Source of the DNA: Patescibacteria group bacterium
GTDB taxonomy: Bacteria > Patescibacteriota > Minisyncoccia > Phycocordibacterales > UBA918
Length of the DNA: 64,000 bases
Reading direction: 5' to 3'
NCBI GenBank assembly: GCA_040386275.1
Contig: JAZKFU010000008.1
Location: 176,219 to 240,218, forward strand
Below the pieces are notes generated by a model. The model was not told the DNA's origin, made no database searches, and saw nothing but the letters and a program-made list of their open reading frames with translations. The position numbers were made by a program, and so were the translations under genes. The stretch's first letter is position 1; every line of letters starts with the position of its first letter. Positions 59,533-64,000 of the stretch are shown here, piece after piece.

Positions 59533-59944
59533 GAGCAGCAGTGTTCGTGCCGTGGAAAAATCCCGCTTGTTCTTTATACATGAGGTACCCAATACTCGAG
59601 AGTGCTATTATCACTGAAAGGATTAAGGTAATTAATGATGAATGATTAAGTGTTTGTTGTTTATTTCGTTCAGTAAAACTATGGTCTGACAAATTTACTT
59701 CAATCCCTAATAGCTTGGTAATCTCAGCAGATGATAACCGATCATCAGAGTTAAATACCTTATGTAAGGTATCAACGTGGGTTTCTTTATTGACGGTGTT
59801 TTCTTTAAGTACCATAAGCGCTGTATCAACTTCATTATTATTCCACCGAGCACTTAACAGTACCGACCGGATTTCTTCATCTTTGGCTGTGGGTGGAATT
59901 CCATTTACTTTTAAAAAGGCTTCGACGTTTCGTTTTTCAATCAT
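59522..59944 (-). CDS. hypothetical protein with C-terminal TM
   Basis: In operon with neighbours (overlapping or abutting). Confidence 0.65.
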   Translation of the reverse strand: MIEKRNVEAFLKVNGIPPTAKDEEIRSVLLSARWNNNEVDTALMVLKENTVNKETHVDTLHKVFNSDDRLSSAEITKLLGIEVNLSDHSFTERNKQQTLNHSSLITLILSVIIALSSIGYLMYKEQAGFFHGTNTAAHEK

Positions 59945-59946
59945 AA

Positions 59947-60999
59947 TTATTTCTTACGTTTCTTGTGGGGTTCTGGATCATCATCCATATACACTCCATA
60001 AATTTCTAGCAGCACCATAAACAAACTAATACACACCGGTCCTAAAATAAACCCAATTGGTCCAAACAGCGATACTCCACCCAACACCGCTACCAGCACC
60101 ACAAACGGATGGATGTTACTACCTCGACTCATGAGATAGGGTCCAATAAAGTTATCGACGATTACAATAGCCAATATTCCCCAAATCATCAACCCAAAGG
60201 CATTGCCCATTGAGCCGACAAAAAACAAATACGCAACAGCAGGAATCATAATGCCCGCAGTGCCTATACCCGGAAGTAGCCCCCCGACAGCAGCAATAGA
60301 TCCCCAGAGAATCGCTCGTTCAATACCAAATATACTAAACCCAACCGCCGCCACGATACCTTGAATAATTGATACGAGTACCGTTCCGGTTGTTACACTA
60401 CGAATTGAATCAGCTACGCGATTAAGAATTTCTTTATCTTCAGCATCTTTGAGTGGACTCACGGACACAAACCAATCAACTAGTTTCTTCCCATCCCGGA
60501 ATAGATAAAACGAACCGAGTAACGCAATAAAGAATGCAAAGACAAATGAAACGGTACCGGCAAAAATCATGCCGATATTATTGGTAAACCACCCGACACT
60601 GGCTTTAAGTTGCTCGGCCACATTAAGATCAAAACCAGGGATGTACGCTTGGATTTTGGCTTCTAGACCGTTGAGAGTATTATCAAGCGGCATTTGGGTG
60701 GTAACATCAATGGTGCGATAGAAAGACAAAAACTCGTGCACTAGTAAGGACGAAATCAGATACACCGGCAAGACCACTACTGCAAACACCACAACCGTAC
60801 TAAAAAAGGCCGCCAGTGAACGATTATTTCGCGAAAAATACTTTAATATAAACTCAAACAGCGGATAACAAATGACGACAATAATCGCAGAAAGTGCCAG
60901 GGCGGTCACAAAGGGAGCAAATATCTGTAACACCAGGTAGCCGACGATACCCAGGGCTCCAAAGAAGAAAGCAAACTCTATTGCTCGAGTGTGGTGCAT
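59947..60999 (-). CDS. AI-2E family transporter
   Basis: Multi-TM; FYLFRDG, VDNFIGP, FGPIGFILGP. Confidence 0.9.
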   Translation of the reverse strand: MHHTRAIEFAFFFGALGIVGYLVLQIFAPFVTALALSAIIVVICYPLFEFILKYFSRNNRSLAAFFSTVVVFAVVVLPVYLISSLLVHEFLSFYRTIDVTTQMPLDNTLNGLEAKIQAYIPGFDLNVAEQLKASVGWFTNNIGMIFAGTVSFVFAFFIALLGSFYLFRDGKKLVDWFVSVSPLKDAEDKEILNRVADSIRSVTTGTVLVSIIQGIVAAVGFSIFGIERAILWGSIAAVGGLLPGIGTAGIMIPAVAYLFFVGSMGNAFGLMIWGILAIVIVDNFIGPYLMSRGSNIHPFVVLVAVLGGVSLFGPIGFILGPVCISLFMVLLEIYGVYMDDDPEPHKKRKK

Positions 61000-61079
61000 A
61001 ATAATTTAACTATACCAAGCAACGTAGCGTAAGGCTACACTAGTTTTATAATAATGGGTATTACTTTAATTCTCTCTTG

Positions 61080-61628
61080 TTACTCTTGGGCAAGAATTGC
61101 GTCAAGAGTACGTTCAAGTTGTTCTTTAGTCACAACACCACGTATGTGTTCAATGATTTTTCCGTCAGTATCATAAATGACAGTTTCGGGCATGGCATAG
61201 CCATCGATACCGGCGTAGAAGAAGTCGTTAACGTCAGTGATACGTTCAATATTGTTATAGGCAGGTTGCGACGCGAGGTAGCGTTCACTCTGGTACCCCG
61301 TTTCTTTACGATTCATCGCGAGCACCCGCACCCCCTTGTCTTTGTAGCGCAACGCGATGTCATCAAGTACCGGAAATTCAATTTCGGTATAGGGACTCCA
61401 ACTTGCCCATACATTAACAACCAATATCGAATCTTCGTATTTTGATAATGAAATCTGGTTATTTTGGGCATCAAGATAGGTAGCATTACTATCTTCACTA
61501 AACAGAGTTTTGACCGCTTCGTTTTGTGCCCGATCTTTAGCGACTGATCGAATGTAGTAGGTAGCACACGCAACAACGAGCACTACCCCAATAATTATCA
61601 GTAACACAAGGAGGCGCTTTTTTGTCAT
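61080..61628 (-). CDS. TlpA/thioredoxin-fold protein lacking CxxC
   Basis: VVNVWASWSPYTEIEFP, MPET cis-Pro motif. Confidence 0.8.
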   Translation of the reverse strand: MTKKRLLVLLIIIGVVLVVACATYYIRSVAKDRAQNEAVKTLFSEDSNATYLDAQNNQISLSKYEDSILVVNVWASWSPYTEIEFPVLDDIALRYKDKGVRVLAMNRKETGYQSERYLASQPAYNNIERITDVNDFFYAGIDGYAMPETVIYDTDGKIIEHIRGVVTKEQLERTLDAILAQE

Positions 61629-61673
61629 GTCTCTATACTATCACAGGTAACTACCCCACTCTTACTTCAATCT

Positions 61674-62153
61674 TTAACCCTTAATAAACAACTCGTATGA
61701 TTCAGGAGTTTCATCGGCTCCCGCTTCAACGAGATTAAGTGCTACTGGTACACCTTGGAACGTAGCCGCTAGGCTCGCCTGATCACTCGCTTGAGCAGCT
61801 ACTGAAAATCGCTGCTTGGTTGGTTTTTGTTCACAATCAGTCGTGGTGTTAACAACTATAAAGGCAAAGGTAACTTGTTCGGGCATCGATTCTGCCACTC
61901 GTGAATCAGCGGTAAGCAAATCGCAGGCGGTTGGCATCGTGACTTCACCCACAATGGTATGTACACCGTTACGGTAGAAATGTTTTGCTTCGATACGCGT
62001 TATCTGGTAGGGATCAGTGGAGGTGGCAGCGGTAGTAGTGCTCGTTGGTTCCGGTGACTCTAACGCCTGCTTTTGAATATATGACAACCCAAATAATCCG
62101 CCGATAAGTAATAAAAATCCTCCGACAGCCAATGCAATTGATGTTTGTGACAT
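61674..62153 (-). CDS. hypothetical membrane-anchored protein
   Basis: N-terminal TM, two Cys. Confidence 0.65.
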   Translation of the reverse strand: MSQTSIALAVGGFLLLIGGLFGLSYIQKQALESPEPTSTTTAATSTDPYQITRIEAKHFYRNGVHTIVGEVTMPTACDLLTADSRVAESMPEQVTFAFIVVNTTTDCEQKPTKQRFSVAAQASDQASLAATFQGVPVALNLVEAGADETPESYELFIKG

Positions 62154-62196
62154 AGAAAAAAAGTAATTAGTAATCCTTACTCTCTATTATACACCG

Positions 62197-63849
62197 TTAC
62201 TGTCCCACTTCGCTCCCGACATAGATTTTTACGAGGTTGTCTGGAGTGGCGACATCACTTGAAAGTAAGGCTCCAAACAAGGTTTTACTAAGGGTTAGTG
62301 CCGCTTCTTGGTTTTGGGGATTGTACACAATCACTGTTTTAGCATCCGCCCGGTCTAGTTCACTGCGCAAGGTATCAACCGTGTACCCCAGAGTTTCAAG
62401 ACGTTTACGATTTTTTGCTCCCAAACCCGGTACACCGCTACTATTTATGATTTCTAAGGAAAAAGGCAAATCTTGTACCGTTACATCATCATCGGTAATA
62501 ATATATTCCGGTAACGTGTTATATACAATTTGTTCGGATGAAATTTTAACAGAGGCATCGGGGTTATTAATAGTTACTTCGTACGGACGAGACTTGGTAT
62601 TATTCTCTCCAAAAAACCAGGCGGCACAAAAAAGAAGGAATATAACAACCGCTACAGCCACCACAAACAATCGATAGCGTACCAGGAACCGATACATAAC
62701 TATCACTACTTCGCGGGGAGCTTTGACGGTTCGTAAATTTCTGACCAATTCAGTAATTCCAAAACGAACTGGTCCGGTGACGGTTTGATAGCGTCTAATA
62801 ATTACTGTTTTTGCTGGTATCTCTGTGTGTTTACCATAGACACTAGTGTTCTTTCGCGTGAGGCGTACATTTGGATCAACGCCCGCTAAAATCAACATGC
62901 GTCTAATGTAAATCTTGATAGCAAAACTAAAGAACCAAAATAGTAGCAAGAGTACTAAAATAACTATGGAAATTTGTTTTAGGGGTATGACCCAAAAGTA
63001 CGTGGTGCTAGTAGCAAAGTTTTTTGTATCTTCCCCATACCCTAAGGTGGCAATCGCTTTAAAGCGTCCAATATCATAGGAAGATTTTTCACCGGTCCAG
63101 GTAAAACTAAATTTTCGAATACTATTAGGGAGCACATTGCCAAAGTGGGTTTGATAATTAATCGGAATCACCCCTCGTTTGGTTCCCCACATATTAGTTA
63201 TAGTAATATCACCCTGCGGTTGCAAGTGAACATTACCGGTATTTTCAAATCGAACTTCAAAATCAATCGCTGGTTCTGAATATAAACTTTTGATAGTGGT
63301 AAACTCACGGATTCCACCTTTTTCAATGACGTCACCTGAGATACGAACAAATAATAATGATGTAACAAATTGGGCTGTTTGTACTTGGGCTGCCCCACTA
63401 CTGGTTTCTGGTGGTTTCGTTCCCACGAGAATCGCAGCGTAATGACCACCAGGTGCTGGATTTGCCGTCACCTGCACCATAAACGGTATATTAGCGGTTT
63501 GCTGAGGCGCAATGACGACCGACGTTGAGGACAAAGTTACCCACTCGGCCAAGGTTTGCCCTTTGGTCTCGCTCGCAAAAATTGGAATCAAATCACCTTG
63601 CCCTGATTCACCAGACGGTGCAAAATTTACGACCTGCGGATAGACGGTAATGGGATAGTCATTAACGTTAATAACTCTAATTTCACTACTCCACACCTGA
63701 CTTGGGTTTGCGGTCATCTGAAACAAGGTTGGCGAAACACTTAAGGTTTGCGCTTGACCGGGTGTTTGAGCAAAAACCGTTGTGATCCCGGACAACAAAA
63801 AAAGTATCAGAACAAAAAAACGGAAACTATTTTTTAAGGTTAATGTCAT
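62197..63849 (-). CDS. cell-surface protein: DUF916-like Ig domains, TMs and LytR C-terminal-like domain
   Basis: PGGHYAAI, FENTGNVHLQPQG; C-terminal IINSSGVPGLG...IYVG. Confidence 0.7.
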   Translation of the reverse strand: MTLTLKNSFRFFVLILFLLSGITTVFAQTPGQAQTLSVSPTLFQMTANPSQVWSSEIRVINVNDYPITVYPQVVNFAPSGESGQGDLIPIFASETKGQTLAEWVTLSSTSVVIAPQQTANIPFMVQVTANPAPGGHYAAILVGTKPPETSSGAAQVQTAQFVTSLLFVRISGDVIEKGGIREFTTIKSLYSEPAIDFEVRFENTGNVHLQPQGDITITNMWGTKRGVIPINYQTHFGNVLPNSIRKFSFTWTGEKSSYDIGRFKAIATLGYGEDTKNFATSTTYFWVIPLKQISIVILVLLLLFWFFSFAIKIYIRRMLILAGVDPNVRLTRKNTSVYGKHTEIPAKTVIIRRYQTVTGPVRFGITELVRNLRTVKAPREVVIVMYRFLVRYRLFVVAVAVVIFLLFCAAWFFGENNTKSRPYEVTINNPDASVKISSEQIVYNTLPEYIITDDDVTVQDLPFSLEIINSSGVPGLGAKNRKRLETLGYTVDTLRSELDRADAKTVIVYNPQNQEAALTLSKTLFGALLSSDVATPDNLVKIYVGSEVGQ

Positions 63850-64000
63850 GATCGTATTGTGTAGCGGTGGTACCGTTGCGCACATAGACTGAAACTTCTT
63901 CATGTTCGATATCAAGTGGTTGATTGCCTCGTTTGTGATAGTACAACACTAAGAGTATTGAGAGTAACAATACTATAATAAACAACACAATGAGGGGCAC
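63827..64000 (-). CDS. C-terminal part of a membrane-anchored protein (runs off window)
   Basis: ...VPLIVLFIIVLLLSILLVLYYHKRG...INLKK-stop, overlapping the next start. Confidence 0.55.
   Translation of the reverse strand: MPLIVLFIIVLLLSILLVLYYHKRGNQPLDIEHEEVSVYVRNGTTATQYDHDINLKK

Noticed and set aside
1-64000. CRISPR array, rRNA, prophage or integrase
   Set aside because: No regularly spaced direct repeats, rRNA-like sequence, phage structural genes or recombinase ORF seen
1-64000. Alternative genetic code 25 (TGA=Gly)
   Set aside because: Long core genes are intact in code 11, and TGA ends some ORFs just before their terminators

Overview
AT-leaning bacterial chromosome segment in genetic code 11. 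Gene content suggests Patescibacteria/Parcubacteria (CPR); this is inferred from the sigma70-r4/HARE-HTH protein, DUF5671, CxxC-x17-CxxC protein, NUDIX-inserted LeuRS, compact UvrC and apparently leaderless core genes. Housekeeping genes include mnmA, mltG, leuS, ychF, sppA, tspO, an RND pump, ddl, uvrA/B/C, tgt, FKBP, CapA and two tRNA-Ala. Among them sit a three-gene restriction-modification-like/HNH locus, a FIST-kinase-receiver cluster, a REP-flanked Y1 (RAYT-like) nuclease, and many stand-alone ORFans with Shine-Dalgarno (SD) sites. The most unusual signals are non-coding. (1) Both tRNA-Ala genes are followed by an element holding an inverted and a direct copy of that tRNA's own 3' end, with a shared GCAATGTG-N6-CACATTGC hairpin. 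(2) An ERIC-like palindromic family (6 full, 2 partial copies) sits at stop codons in a fixed antisense orientation. (3) A RAYT-type REP palindrome is translated in-frame inside leuS. No CRISPR array, rRNA, integrase or prophage was seen. All calls were made by eye, without database searches or folding software.
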